Shown: piece after piece, positions 26,405 to 40,100 of the stretch | Layout: every line of letters begins with the position of its first letter | Numbering within the stretch: position 1 is the stretch's first letter | Assembly (NCBI GenBank): GCA_951406725.2 | Contig: OX597817.1 | Location: forward strand, 92,504,001-92,568,000 | From: Octopus vulgaris | Lineage: Eukaryota | Direction of reading: 5' to 3' | Length of the DNA: 64,000 bases | Notes under the pieces: model-generated | Told to the model about the DNA's origin: nothing | Seen by the model: only the letters and a program-made list of their open reading frames with translations | The model's database searches: none | Translations under genes and position numbers: made by a program

Positions 26405-26600
26405 TTCTTTTCTACTCTTGGGGAGGGGGCCCAGTTGATTAGATTGACCCCCAATATGCAACTGGTACTTAATTTATCGACCCCAAAAAGATGAAAGGCA
26501 AAGTTGACCTCAGCGGAATTTGAACTCAGAACGTAAAGACAGATAAAAAGCCTCTAAGCATTTTGCCTGGCGTGCTAATGTTTCTGCCAACTTGCCACCT
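26405..26600 (-). mobile_element. Short SINE-like repeat
   Basis: Minus strand has a GAGTTCAAATTCC box-B-like head followed by gtcaactttgcctttcatc...gggtcgataaattaagtaccag. Related plus-strand pieces at about 26240-26330 and 28950-29000. Confidence 0.6.
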
Positions 26601-27555
26601 TGCAACTCAAAAATATTGTCTTCTTTTGGATTGTTTTTTTTTTTTATAATTAATTTATAGTTAATGTCTATTGTTTGTTTGATTTTTAAATCTATTTCTT
26701 CATTTTACTTAAAATCATATCATTACCCACTATGCAACTATATGTATTATTGGGATGTTCAACACAATGTCTGGAAATCCCATTATTCATGTCAAGGTTT
26801 TCTGTTTTATGTTCATTTTTTATTACTTCTGTCTATTTGATTCATAATATTAACCTTATTCATATGTTCTTTAATTTCCTTTTTAAGGATATGGTATATT
26901 TTATGCCTATATCAAGCTTCAGTTTGAGCATTATTGCAGTACTTCTCATTATTCTTGAATAACTCCTCATTAGTAGATAGTTGAGATATACTGTATATAA
27001 ACCTAGTTGTCTGAGTGGAATTTTTCTGTCCATTTAGCTTATATTGTATCATATTATCTTCATTATCAGCAGTCACTGTGTGAATGCATCTTGATCATCT
27101 AATTAAGAACCTGTATACTATTAAATGTATTAAATAATCTGTTCACTTAATATCTAAAAAGGTCATAAGTTTAAGTGATACTATCCTGTACCCTGAGGTT
27201 TTATGGTCCCTCACCAAGAATATACTTTAAGAAGGACTATCTACGACTAGAATCTTCAATTTGTTTCGCCCACACACATGGGTAAAACCTTGAAGAAACC
27301 TGCATGGAAATGTCTAACTCGGATTTATATGTACTGCAATTCATTTAAATTTAAATCAACTAAATGTACATTACTGCTATCCAGCAGAAACAGGTGCCAG
27401 ATTAGAATTTAATGAGAATAATGCTTTAATGAAGAAAATTTAAGATGTATAATTCTCTATTCTTCTTTTATGATGTCTTGAGTGTGTGTGTGTGTGTATA
27501 TATATACATATATTTATATAAATATATATATGTATATATATACATATACATATAC

Positions 27556-27613
<58 letters not shown>

Positions 27614-27880
27614 ATGTATGTATGTATTTACACACACACACACACACATGTATGAGTGTGTGTGTGCATGTGTATGTATGTATGTATGTATGTATGTATG
27701 TATGTATGTATATGAAAGTATAGTAACAACAGAGGAAGGTTAACAAGGAAAAGAGTCATCATGTGTGGCAGACATACAGGTACAAAAAACTAGAAATGTA
27801 CAGAAAATAGACCCTATCAAATGCCAGGGGGGATACCTAGAAGTAGTTATATATATAGTGGGAATTATATATATAGTGAG

Positions 27881-27951
<71 letters not shown>

Positions 27952-28342
27952 TATTGTGAGAATTTACAAAAAAAAAATAGATAGAAAGGAACACAGAAAT
28001 AAACAGGGAGAGAAAATAGAAAAAGGTTGAGTGGCTAGCCCCACCACCACTGCTTGACAATCAATGTTGGTGTGTTTATGTCCCTGTAATTTAGCAGTTC
28101 GGTAAAAGTGACCAATAAAAAAATAAGTACTGGAGTTGATTCATTCAACTAAAAGTTCCCCAAGGTGGTGCCCCAGCATAGTCACAGCCTAATGACAAAC
28201 AAGTAAAAGATAAAAGATGCAGTTATACTGCGTTACAGGGTATATCTTTTGGTTTTTAACTCCTAGTATCCTATGAATAGATATAATAAACACTTAGTAA
28301 TAATGGTGTTATAACCAATATGTTCATGGACCAAAAAGGTAT

Positions 28343-28390
28343 TCACTTGCTGATGAAATCCAAACACAAGAATGAAACTAGTCTAGTTGA
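28343..28390 (+). ncRNA. Minimal hammerhead-like motif
   Basis: CTGATGA (28350), short imperfect stem II, GAAAC-TA-GTC with palindromic ACTAGT. Stem I is imperfect. Confidence 0.55.
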
Positions 28391-28580
28391 TCATTCATTT
28401 TTTTTTTATTCAGAAAGATATTGTATGTAAAGAGGTGTCAACTACATCTGTCACTAGATGCAGTGTTGATTAAAACCTATAGATATATTCCATAGTACAA
28501 TACAACATTGAAACAAAATGCTGGTAATGTGCCACTAATAATTGACTTCGTTCTTTTTTCTTTTCTTATACTCTGCAAAG

Positions 28581-28667
28581 GTTCAGTATGAATACTGGAA
28601 AGAGAAACTTAGTGATCTCCATATCATCATTCAAGTAAAGAAGATTGTCTTCTTTGTTAAAGACCCG
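28581..28667 (+). CDS. ADAMTS-like exon D (catalytic domain)
   Basis: Polypyrimidine tract plus aag acceptor, gtgagt donor. VQYEYWKEKLSDLHIIIQVKKIVFFVKDP. Phase 0 to 0. Confidence 0.85.
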
Positions 28668-29419
28668 GTGAGTAATATAGGGCATATCCACAAAAAGATG
28701 ATAATATTGTTGTTGTTGGTGTTATTGAGATGCAAGTAAACTCTATTCTGTTCTATTCTTCTATATTATTTTCTATTCCAATCTATTCTCTTTCTATTGT
28801 ATTCTGTTCTCTATTCTGTTTTATTAAGTTTTATTCTAAAAAGATATCTTTGAAAAAAATGTTATGACCAAAAACAAATTGTTGACAGATTGGCAGAAAT
28901 GTTTGAGCATTTGCCCAACAGCCTTCTGTAGTTCTATCTTTTTACATTTTGATTTCAAATCCAGCAAAGATCAACTTAATCTTTCATCCCTCTGGGGTAC
29001 TAGTGAAATAATGACACTCACTTAACCATTTAACTTTCTCTTGCTAAAATTTAAGACCCTGTACCTACATTTTATATATGTGTGTGTATGCACACAAATA
29101 TGCAGTTGTATGACAAGAATTTGCTTCCCAATCACATGATTCTAGGTTCAGTCCCACTGCATGGCACCCTTAGGCAATGTTTTCTACTATAGCCTAGGGC
29201 TGGTGAAAGCCTTGTGAGTAAATTTAGTAGATGGAAACTGAAAGAAGCCTGTCATATGTGTGTGTGTGAGTGTGTGTGTGCGTGTGTGTGTGTGTGTGTG
29301 CGTGTGTGTGCAAGCATGTGTGTGTCTTTGTGTCTGTGTTTGCCATCACTGCTTGACAACTGGTGTTGGTGTGTTTATGTCCCCATAAGTTAACAGTTTG
29401 GCTAAAGAAACTAATTGAG

Positions 29420-30163
29420 AGAAAAAAACCTGTGGAAGAGGTAGACCTAGGAAGACCTGGTATGAGGTGGTGAAGCAAGACCTTCGAACATTAGGCCTCA
29501 CCGAGGCAATAACTAGCGACTGAGACCTTTGGAAATATACAGTGTGTGAGAGGACCTGGCAAGCCAAGTGAGACCATAAGCCGTGGCCCATGCCAGGGTT
29601 GTAACCAGCCCACTTATGTGTACCTTTCCTTCATTGGACACTAAACTCTGCTTGCGAAGACCTGTTGAGGCAAGTGAAATCAAAATCAAATCAAATTTGC
29701 AAATTTGATGACTGGCACCTGTGACAGTGGAGCGCTAAGAGCACCATCTGAGCATTATAGCTGCCAGAGCAGCCAACTGGCTTCCATGTTGGTGGCATGT
29801 AAAAAGCACCATTCAAATGTGATCGTTACCAGCATCACCTTACTAGCACTTGTGTTGGTTGCACGTGAAAAACATTCAAGCGAGATAATTGCCAGTGTTG
29901 CTGGACTGGCTCCTGTGCAAGTGGCACATAAAAAACACCACTTGAGCATGGTCGTTTCCAGTACTGCCTGACTGGCCCTCATGCCTGTAGCACGTAAAAG
30001 CACTCACTACACTCTTGGAGTGGTTGGCAATAGGAAGGGCATCCAGCTGTAGAAACTCTGCCAGATCAGATTGGAGCCTGGTACAGCCATCTGGTTCGCC
30101 AGTCCTCAATCAAATCGTCTAAGCCATGCTAACATGGAAAGTGGACATTAAACGATGATGATG
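29420..30163 (+). mobile_element. RTE LINE 3' end (inserted after a SINE)
   Basis: GRGRPRKTW.EVVKQDLR C-terminus, then a 3' UTR with internal repeats and a (GAT)n tail. A reverse homologue lies at 53395-54362. Confidence 0.8.
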
Positions 30164-30180
30164 ATATATGTATTTATACA

Positions 30181-30759
30181 GTAAGACAATTTTTTTTTCA
30201 TGTTTGTTGCACACACGCATCTTTACTAGTACATACGCAGTGAAGCTATACATTAGCGTCGTATTTATTACGTTTGTTATTTTCCAGTAAATATTGGTGC
30301 TTCGTTGTGCCATTTATTTACTTTTATATGTATAATTTTACCCTCACGGGATATCCTTTACTGGAAAGCAATACTCTCGTATTGCATTACTATTTTCATT
30401 TAACTTCTTCACTGTTCTCGTTCTGTTAACGTTTTGGTGTTCAGACGAGTGTACTGGCATAGATGTGGCAACATTTGAAATGTTGTCGAGGTATATGCAG
30501 CTGATGAAGACAAATCAAATATACGTTGGCAAACGTATTTCGAAGAGTCTGAAACCGGTACTGCATTATCCGTTTCTAGGTTTTTCATTTTTCAGATGTT
30601 CTTCCTAGAGGTAAGACAATTTTTTTTTCATGTTTGTTGCACACACGCATCTTTACTAGTACATACGCAGTGAAGCTATACATTAGCGTCGTATTTATTA
30701 AGTTCGCTATTTACCAGTAAATATCGGTGCTTCGTTGTGCCATTTATTTACTTTTATAT
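30181..30759 (+). mobile_element. Retrozyme/pLTR-like partial tandem repeat (430-bp unit) with intact HHR
   Basis: 30181-30328 is directly repeated at 30611-30758. No ORF. HHR at 30495-30566. Confidence 0.75.
30495..30566 (+). ncRNA. Type I hammerhead ribozyme, canonical core
   Basis: Stem I ATGCAG/CTGCAT, CTGATGA (30501), stem II AGAC/GTCT enclosing hairpin ATACGTT/AACGTAT, GAAAC-CG-GTA. Predicted cleavage after 30560. Confidence 0.88.
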
Positions 30760-30764
30760 ATATC

Positions 30765-31420
30765 ATCATCATCATCATCGTTTAACGTCCGTTTTCCGCG
30801 CTAGCACAGGTTGGACGGTTCGACCGAGGTCTGGGAAGCCAGGGGCTGCACCAGGCTCCGGTCTGATCTGGCAGTGTTTCTACAGCTGGATGCCCTTCCT
30901 AATGCCAACCACTCCGCGAGTGTAGTGGGTGCTTTTTACGTGCCACCTGCACAGGTGCCAGGGGGGTCTGGCATCAGCCACGATCGGTTGGTGCTTTTAA
31001 CGTGCCACCAGCACGGAAGCCAGCCAAGGCGGCGCTGGCATCGGCCACGTTCGGATGGTGCTTTTTATGTACCACCAGCACAGAAGCCAGTCGAGGCATT
31101 GCTGGCATTGGCTACGTTCAGATGGTGCTTTTTATGTGCCACCGGCACAGAAGCCAGACGAGGAGGCGCTGGCAACGGCCACGTTCGGATGGTGCTTTTT
31201 ATGTGCCACCAGCATTGGTATCACAACTATTTCCATTGATATTTGTTTCAATGTTCATGTACATGCACTTGACTCAATAGGTCTCCTCAAGCACAGCGAG
31301 ATGTTCTGGGATCCAAGGTACTTTGAATGGGCAGGGGCTATGCGGAACTGGTGCCAGAAGCATCCCGGGTCTTTGCAGTCACAGCACATCTCCAGAGATA
31401 TCGGTCCTTCGCCATTGCTT
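30765..31420 (-). mobile_element. RTE-type 3' tail element with about 75-bp internal tandem repeats
   Basis: (CAT)n plus RTE tail. Roughly four units of ggtgctttttatgtgccacc.gcacagaagccag...ggccacgttcggat at 30928-31215. Confidence 0.7.
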
Positions 31421-31550
31421 CAGTAATATATATATTTATACACTCATACATTCATGTATATGTATATATATATATAATTTAGATGACTTAGAGTGGCCCA
31501 GGCCATGTCTAACTTAATAGCGCTACCTGATAGGATTTGCTAAATCCTTT

Positions 31551-32720
31551 TTAAGTCAAGTTTTGTGGTATCATGGCCCATTCAAGTAGGGAGTTCTTGT
31601 TGAGTGAGTTGTATCCAGGTATAGGTGGCTTATTTGTTATCCCTTGAAGAAATTTGTCCAGATTCCATTTAAATGTGATGGAATCTTTTTCCTCTTTGAT
31701 TTGTTTTGGGACAAAGTTGAATCGGGCAGGGCCTGTTGAGGAAAAGAAATTGGGTTGCAGTGTATTTATGTGTTGTGATCCTGAATTTGGTAGAGAATGT
31801 ATGGCTTGTAGTCCTAGCCTTCTGGAACTAATGCTGATGTTGTTTGGGCAATACTGGTGGTATATTCTCCACATTGTGCAAATGATGTATCACTCATGAT
31901 GGCACTGGAGAGGATAGAGTTTCAATGTTTTAAGGTGGTCCCAATAATTGAGATCAGTCATGCCTTTAATTCTTTTAGTGAATGCCCTCTGGAGTGATTC
32001 AATTTTTGAAATGCTTTGTTTTGTGTGTGGAGACCACAGAGGGCAGCAGTATCCAAGGTGTGGCCATACAAAGGAGGAGAAAAGAGAAGTGATGACACCT
32101 TGTCCTCTGGACCAGAAGGTTCTTACATTCCAAGAGTTCATCTCATGAGCTATATTGACATTATTGTTGATGTGGACACTCCAGCTGAGATTGTTTACAA
32201 CAGTTGCTCCTAGGACTCTGATATTATTAGATACTATGAGTGGTTCCCCTGAGGGAAGAGAATATGGTTGTTTTAGCATAATCTTTTTTCCAAAATGGAT
32301 CAGTTCTTATTTTCCCTTGTTTAGACGCATTTTGTTTTTGTCTGCCCATTGGCTTACAGCATGTAGCTCAGACTGGAATTCAGTTCAGTCTTCTTCTCTG
32401 TTGATAATTTTCTGGAGCTGAGAGTCATTGGCAAATATTTTCACTTTGCTGTGATTGATGTTGCTTGAAATGTTAATATAGACAATAAACAGAAATGGGC
32501 CGAAGACAGAACCCTGAGGGACACCACTGGCGACTTTTGCTGAGCTTGAGTGGATTCCTCTGATCACATGTTATGTTCTGTTCTCCAGGAAATACTCAAT
32601 CCAGTGTAATAGTTTTCCATGGATTCCAATCTTTGACAATTTTGACAATATGTTGCTGTAGTTGACTCTGTCGAATGCTTTACTGAAATCAACATATATG
32701 ACATCAGATTTTGAACCTGT
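31551..32720 (-). mobile_element. Decayed CR1/L2-like LINE RT
   Basis: SGVPQGSVFGP, IFAND(D), PHLGYCCPLWSP and IESLQRAFTK, with frameshifts. Confidence 0.85.
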
Positions 32721-32937
32721 TCTGTGATGGTAAGATCAACAAAAAAATGTATTCCATCTGGTGAGAGATAAATATTATTTAATATACACAATGAATGTTA
32801 TGTGCTACTAATAGTCTTAAATTTAGTTAGTTATGATATGTGGTTTGTGTCTGATGATTATGTTAGGTATTTCTCAATATCTGAAACTATTAATAGCACA
32901 TAAAGACATGTTTGTGTATATTAAGTAATATACATAT

Positions 32938-32993
<56 letters not shown>

Positions 32994-33666
32994 GTCCATG
33001 AGGATTACTTAATACAGTTTTTGAAGTGTAAAGGAAATTTTTATTTTAAAATTATTTTTTAAAAAAATGTTATGAAATCTTTTATGAGGACGTTACTAAC
33101 CTCTTTTTGGAAGAAGTTTTTTTCTAGCGTGTGAACGCTTGTATTTGCTTTGTAAGAGTCTTGATATGAAAATGTGTGTTGAAATAGATATTGCTATATT
33201 TTGGGATGGTCATTTTTATTTTTTTGCCAAATAAATACATGCTCTATATATTTGTGAAGAACGAATATATAGTGCATGTGTTTGTTTGCCAAAATAAAAT
33301 AATAAATGACCATCCCAAAATATAACAATATATATATCAGGCTTGTACGGTGTTACTGGTGCTCTTGGCGGTCTGCACACCAAGGCATTTGGCTACTTCA
33401 TTTCAAAATATAACTACATGTGGATTGTTGGCGGTTTTTACCCCCCCATCTACTTTTTCTCTTGGACTTTCCTGTCTCCTTTTTCTGAAGAAGAGTTTTG
33501 CTCGAAATGTAAAACTAACTTTCTCTCCTTCCCTGAGCGTCTGTTAATACTTTGCATGTATCACGTCCTTGCGCTGTTGTTTTTTCTTGTGTTTTTTCTT
33601 TGTGTTTTTGGGACTATATGTGTGTGTGTGTGTGTATTATACACACACACGCATACATATATCTTA

Positions 33667-34860
33667 TTGGGTCATCCCCAAAATAATATTTTATACTATT
33701 TTTTTTCAAAATTATGATAAAGTCCTTTTTAAATCTAAAATATACTCTCCTTCATTTTCTACAATGTTCTTCCATCTATCTAGTAGACTTGCAAGGCCCC
33801 TCTTCCAAAATTCACTTGTCCGTGACGAAAAATACTCCTTCAGTACTGACCTAACCTCGTCTACAGAAATCATATTTTTTCCATCCAAATAATTTTGAAG
33901 ACTGCAGAATAAAGGATAATCAGATGGGGCAATGTCCGGTAAATATGGTGGGTGGGGTATCGTTTTCCATTCAAACTACTCCAGCCTTTGGAATGTTATC
34001 CTCGCTGTATGTGGCCGAGCATTATCCTGATGGAAGAACACCTTTCGTCTTGGAACCAAAGATGGTCATTTTCCTTCTAGTGCTGACTTAAGCTGCTCAA
34101 GCTGATTGCTGTAGATATCCCTTGTTATCATTTGGTTTGGGTTTAAAAGTTCAAAGTGGACTAGACCTTTCATATCCCACCAAATAGACACCAATGCCTT
34201 ACGTGGGTGAAGACCTTTAGCTTGTGGTGCCGGTGTTTCTCCTTTCGCTACCCACTGTCTTTGGTGCTTGAATTTTTTATAGAGAACCCATTTTTCTCAT
34301 CACCAGTTGCTATTCGGTCCCAAAATGGTTCATTCATGAGACGTGACAGCAAAGAAGAGCACATATTCACTCTCTGCGCACAATTGGACTTGGAAAGTTT
34401 GCGAGGAACACATTGACCCAAATTTGCTCACTTTTCTGATGGCATGCAGATGTCGATGAATGGTTGAATGCCCTAATCCAAGCTTCTCTGTTAGTTCCTC
34501 AACAGCTACGATGAGATTTTGTTCCACCAGAGCTTGCAGGATGGTCTCGTCGAGCGCTACAGACTTTTCAGGATGAGGCTCATCTTCTAGACTGGAGTCT
34601 ATCCGGCTCAGAATTTCTAGAACCACTGCTTATGGTTATTGTCTGATACCCATATACTGCATTAATATTCCTCGCACTTTCTGTTGAATTGTTGGCTTTA
34701 ATGAACTAATAAAGCAAAATATGCCAAATATGTTCCTTTGTAACTTCCATAATAGTTTTGAAAAAATAACTGTTAAAATCGAACTGTACTCTTCAAAACT
34801 TGCATTAAGTATAAGTATTTTATTCGAGCCACAAGGGTCAAATATAGAGGGCATGGTACA
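33667..34860 (-). mobile_element. Decayed mariner (DD34D) transposon
   Basis: SLEDEPHPEKS..LDE.IL HTH region, HQDNARPH and PHPPYLPDIAPSDY. TA|TTGGGTCATCCC TIR-like left end. The right end was not resolved. Confidence 0.85.
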
Positions 34861-35213
34861 AAATGAACACGGGGTCGGGAAGCATATAGAAATACATAGA
34901 AATGAACAATTAAAAATTTATTAAAATAAAACGAATGGTTTACACTCATGCAAGACCTTTCATTCCCAACATGCATATCACTTGCTCCAATCTTTTACCA
35001 TATGTATCCGATGACAGGCACTTCCTCTCTAGCCTTATTTTCCTTCATAGAACGAAAACAATTTCAGAGAGTGGGTTGGAACAATCGTTATAACTGACTC
35101 AGATGACAGCTGTACTCTTCCCATACTTGAAAACAGTCGTTCGATATAAACCCATTTAGGTAAAGAATTATATTTTTCATAATTTGTTTCTTTCATTTTT
35201 ATATTTTTTTCAG

Positions 35214-35317
35214 ATGGAACACTTCAAAGAAAAGAATTTAGACTCAATCTTATATTCATTCTGTGCTTGGCAGCGATTTCACATTCCTCGATTTGATCAT
35301 GCTATGCTCTTATCAAA
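35214..35317 (+). CDS. ADAMTS-like exon E (catalytic domain)
   Basis: ttttttcag acceptor, gtaaat donor. MEHFKEKNLDSILYSFCAWQRFHIPRFDHAMLLS carries the ADAMTS L.SFC.WQ and D.A.LL motifs. Phase 0 to 2. Confidence 0.92.
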
Positions 35318-35429
35318 GTAAATATATCATCTTTAGATTAACTCTTGACTATTTATACAAATTTTTAGTCCCTGATATATGATATTGTATTACAAATGAT
35401 TATGTCATAAATACTAACCAACTGCAGAT

Positions 35430-36544
35430 GTATACTCGTATTGCCCTTGCCAGAGCACGTTCCATGGACCGTGCATCCGCTCTCTCCCCCCGAACCCGCC
35501 CTGCAATCTCCTGGCTTCACGCCATTTCCCCTCCACCGGTCACTCTTTGCAACACCTGTCTGTGTTCGGATTGTCCTTGCACAGAGGCTATCCGGACTCC
35601 CGTTTGCGCCGTGAACAGGGATTAATCTTCTCTTTTCACTCTTTTACGCCATTTGGGCTCAACTCTCCTCCCCGACCCCTACTTCTTTTCACTCCTACAT
35701 CTCTTTACCCCTACTCTCTTTCTCTCTTCTCTCTTACTCTCTTTCTCTCTTCTCTCTTTCTCTCTGCTCCCTCACTCTCCTTCTCTCTTCTCTCCCCCTC
35801 CCTCCTTCCTCCCACCCAACTCTCCTCTCTTGACCCGACTCCTATTTCTCTTCACTCCTACTTCTCTTCACCGTTACTCTCTTTCCCTCTTCTCTCTTTC
35901 TCTCCCCTCTTTCCCTCTTCCCTCTTACTCTCTTTCTCTCTTCTCTCTTACTCTCTTTCTCTCTTCTCTCCTCCTCTCTCTCCTCACATACCCCACCTCT
36001 ACCCCCACCCTCTGCCTACCCACAAACCCCAACTCTACCCCCACCCTCAGACGAACCTACACCCCACCCATGCTTTTCCCACTCTCGCCTCCCCACCTCC
36101 CAACAACATCACACCACACTACACCATACAACATTACACAACACACCACCCACACACCAGCTCTGACCAATTCCCATCCCCACATTTTCACACCTACACA
36201 TACATACACTCACACGTCCAGACCACCAGCCCTCTTTCACATGCACAAACATACTCTCTTATACACATACGCACCTTCGTGTTGGGGGTCATCTTTACTT
36301 TGTTATCTCCCCTACTTTCCTTCTCGTGCGTGACCCTTCTGTTCGAGTCAGACGCCATGATAGATCGTTAGCCACTACACACATTTTTTTCTCTCCTTGT
36401 TTTTTTCTGTGTCCCTTTCTGTAGAAGAGCGTAGGCTCGAAACGTAAAAGACTTTTTCTATTCCTGAGCGTTATACTAATACATCTGTTTGTTTTGTACA
36501 CCACCTGTCTTCGTCTTCTGTTTTTTTCGTAAACTCTCCCTACA

Positions 36545-36545
<1 letters not shown>
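35430..36545 (+). mobile_element. 5'-truncated PLE copy (same family as 36915-40822)
   Basis: 35440-35670 matches pieces of 39470-40150, followed by a CT-rich 3' UTR and an HHR-like motif at 36415-36450. Confidence 0.8.
36415..36450 (+). ncRNA. Minimal HHR-like motif, family with variable position 6
   Basis: CTTT-CTGTAGA-A-GAGC-GTAG-GCTC-GAAACGTA-AAAG. Homologues at 33481-33514 (+, CTGAAGA), 37003-37039 (-, CTGCTGA), 40731-40767 (+, CTGTTGA) and 45607-45646 (-, decayed). Confidence 0.7.
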
Positions 36546-36589
<44 letters not shown>

Positions 36590-36737
36590 GTGAAATAGAA
36601 AGATGAATAATCTTGTTGTAGATTAATCAAAAGTTAACCGATACCTTAGTAGCAAAAATCACAGCAGTAAACAGCACGGTTGGAGGTACAACCATCTGGC
36701 GTTGCAACCGTGCGTTGGTGCGGATAATTGAAATTAA

Positions 36738-36874
36738 AACATTATTGGTGAATTGAAGAAATGGAGCTGAACGCAGATTGAACAGAAATCGTTTCGAAAC
36801 ACGTGTAGAATGAAATAAAACGATTTCTGTTCAATCTGCGTTCAGCTCCATTTCTTCAATTCACCAATAATGTT
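36738..36874. repeat. Perfect 57-bp inverted repeat
   Basis: 36738-36794 is the exact reverse complement of 36818-36874, with a 23-nt loop containing GAAACACGTGT. Confidence 0.95.
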
Positions 36875-36882
36875 ATATATAT

Positions 36883-36913
<31 letters not shown>

Positions 36914-36914
36914 G

Positions 36915-37093
36915 TTGAAATTTACAGAAAAGCAAAAGACAATGACAGGTGTATAAACAACATAGAGGTCTATTAGTTTAACGCTCGGGAAGGTGAGAGA
37001 GTCTTTTACATTTCGAGCCTACACTCTTCAGCAGAAAGGAATATGAGGAAATTTGGAAATTTTAGAGCTAGCGATCAATAATGTTGGTCAATC

Positions 37094-37167
<74 letters not shown>

Positions 37168-40100
37168 ACATATACATCTGTGCGTTGTTACTTTGCCTCT
37201 TTCTCTCTCCCTTTCTTTTCTTTTTCATCTTCTCTTCCTTTCTTCTCCTTCTGCCTTTTGAATTTTTCGACCTTTTATACTCCATACGTCATTACTTTAC
37301 CTTCTCTCTCCCTTTTTTTCTCATTTTTCAATCATGCCTCATTACAAACTTTTCCTTCTCTACCTTCACCACCGCCTAAAGAAGCACCTTTCTACACTCC
37401 CTCTCCGCTGCTTTCAAGCTATTAATCTTTCCCTACTAATTTTCAAAAAAACAAGGTTCTCTAGCTACGTTTCATTTCTCAGTCGCTGCCTCCACCACCG
37501 CTTCATTCCCAAAGATTTCTGCTTCAATTTCCACCTTACTCTCTACTCTGCTTCAGCCATCCTATCCATACTCTGTACTACTTCCTACCGCCTTATGCGT
37601 ACCACCATTCGTTCCAATCTCCCCAAAATACACACCATCGACCGCCTTCTCCCTCTCGCTTATTCCATCTTTGCCTCTCTGTCACCCTCCTATGCACACT
37701 CTACTTTACGTTGTATAATCCATTTAAATTATCTCTTCCATTAATTTCTCGCTCGCATTAAACAACGTAAACTCCACTCACTCCACCATTTCATCACATC
37801 CAATGTCATTACCGCAACTCCTTCCCTCCCCCCCTCCCCCATACACTCCCTCTTCTCCTCACCTCAACTCCTCCGTCACTCCAACCCCCACACATACTTA
37901 CTCCTCCTTCCTCTCATCCCAGCCTTCCACTACCACTCCCCTCCCATATCTGATCCATCTACACACTCCCACTTCAGTCTGTTGTTACCATTCCTCCTGA
38001 TCTTCCTTACTCTCAGGTGGATAGCTCTTTTCTCAGTAGAGGTCTGCGCTTTATTCTCCTCATTCCATCCAGTAACAAATTTCAGACTCGTGCTGAATAG
38101 CTTTGTGCGCCGTGTCAGGCTATATGCACTATTTCACAACACTCCACCTGCATCTAACGAAGAGGATTGCTCCACCGACCTGGGCCGCTGACAATCCCAC
38201 TGGACGCCAACTCCTGGCCAGTTCCAAGTAGTCGATCATTTTGCAGGCATCTGTCAACGTGTTGTGACCGGTTTAACTTTCGCAGGCATCCTCGACATCT
38301 GAACATCTCCCCAGCCGAACTCTCGGCTATTCGATGTCTCCGACGCCGCAAAGACATTATCATAAAATCGACCGACAAGGGTGGAGCCGTGGTGGTATGG
38401 CACGCGGTTCTCTACAAGGCTGAACCTCTCCGCCAACTTCAAGACACCTCTTTCTACTGCTCTCTGCCCTCCAACCCACGCCTAGCTATCAACAGACGGT
38501 ATCCTTCACTATCCATGACATTATCTCCTCCTCCTATCTCCCTCCCACAGCCTACAGTCTCATTGTCCGCACTCCTTGCATCTCCACTATTTACTTCCTT
38601 CCACAAATCCACAAACCCAACAACCTTGGCCGCCTCATCGTCCCGCATGTAACTGTCCCACTGAACTCATCTCTAAATACCTCGGGCGTGTCCTTGCCTC
38701 CCTAGTGGCTTCCTTTCCACCACACATCCACGACACTAATCATGTTCTTTGTCTTTTCAACTCTTTCTCCTTCCCTCCCAGCCCCTCTAAACTTCGCTTC
38801 GCTCTTGATATCAAGAGTCTATATACGGTGTTCCCACACCACGAAGGACTCTTGCCCTCAAACACTTCCTAGACCTTCGACCCAACCCCCAACCTGAGAC
38901 GTGCGCACTTCTTCATCTGGCCGAACTTGTTCTCTCCCTCAACGGATTCTAGTTAACGGGGGAGATTTACCAAAAGCTCTCTCGGGAGTGGCCATGGGAA
39001 TGAGAATGGGCCCCAACTATGCAAACCTGTTCGTTGGCTATGTTGAGGCCCAAATATTTTCAAGATTCACAGGCCCCACTCCCGAACTATAAGTCGTTAT
39101 ATTGATGATTGTATCGGTGCGTCTGCGTTCTCCCGTGAACAACTAGACTCCTTCCTCTCTTTTGTCCAATCCTTCCATGCTGCCCACGAATTCTCCTGCA
39201 CCATTTCAAACACTTCCGTCGCCTTTCTCAACATTTCGGTCAACATACACAACTTCACTCCCACTACCTCCATCCACTACAAACTCATCGACTCACACTC
39301 ATACTTCAACTTCTCCTCCTCCCACCCTACCTACACCAAGCTCTCAATCCCCTTCTCCCAATTCCTCCATCTGCGCAGGCTCTGCAGTGACAATAAATGA
39401 CTTTGAGACTCAGTCTCAACTCATGGCTCACCACTTCATCTTTCGTGGATATCTCCTCACCACTATCCACACCACCCTTGTCAGGGTACGATCTGTGGAC
39501 CGCGCCTCTGCTCTCTCTCCTCGCACCTGCCCCGCCGTTACCCATCTCCCGTTTCCGCTCACCTACCACCCCTCCATCCTGCCTCTCCAATGCACCATTC
39601 TCCGAGCCTTCCGGCGACTCCAGTTCGACCCCTCTACTTTGCCCATCTTCCCCAACCTACTCCTCCCCGTGTTCAAATGAGCCCACAACCTACGTGACCT
39701 CCTGGTCCACAGTTTCTTCCCTAACCCTACCTCCCAACCTGGTTCATTCCCCTGTTCCTGCCCACGCTGCCGCACTTGCCCCTACCTCTCCAACACCACC
39801 ATCCTCACAGGCACCCATCATATCATATCACTATCCCTATCATATCACTGACTCCTTTACATGCTCTTCTAGCAACGTCATTTACTATATCTCCTGCTCT
39901 TTCTGTCCTTCTGTGTACATTGGTCAAATGGGACGCTGCTTGGCTGACCGATTCGCGGAGTACCTCCAGGACATTAGACTCAGCAGTGATTCCCCAGTCT
40001 CACGCCATTTCCGCTCTACTGGTCATTCATTACGACACAACTGTGTTTGGATTGTCTTTGCTCAGGGGCCATCCGGTCTCCTCCTTTGCTGTGAACAGGA

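Noticed and set aside
30928-31215. About 75-bp repeats resembling a CRISPR-like array
   Set aside because: Whole units are homologous, with no unique spacers and no cas genes. They belong to an RTE-type 3' UTR also seen near 29780-30000 and 53555-53770.
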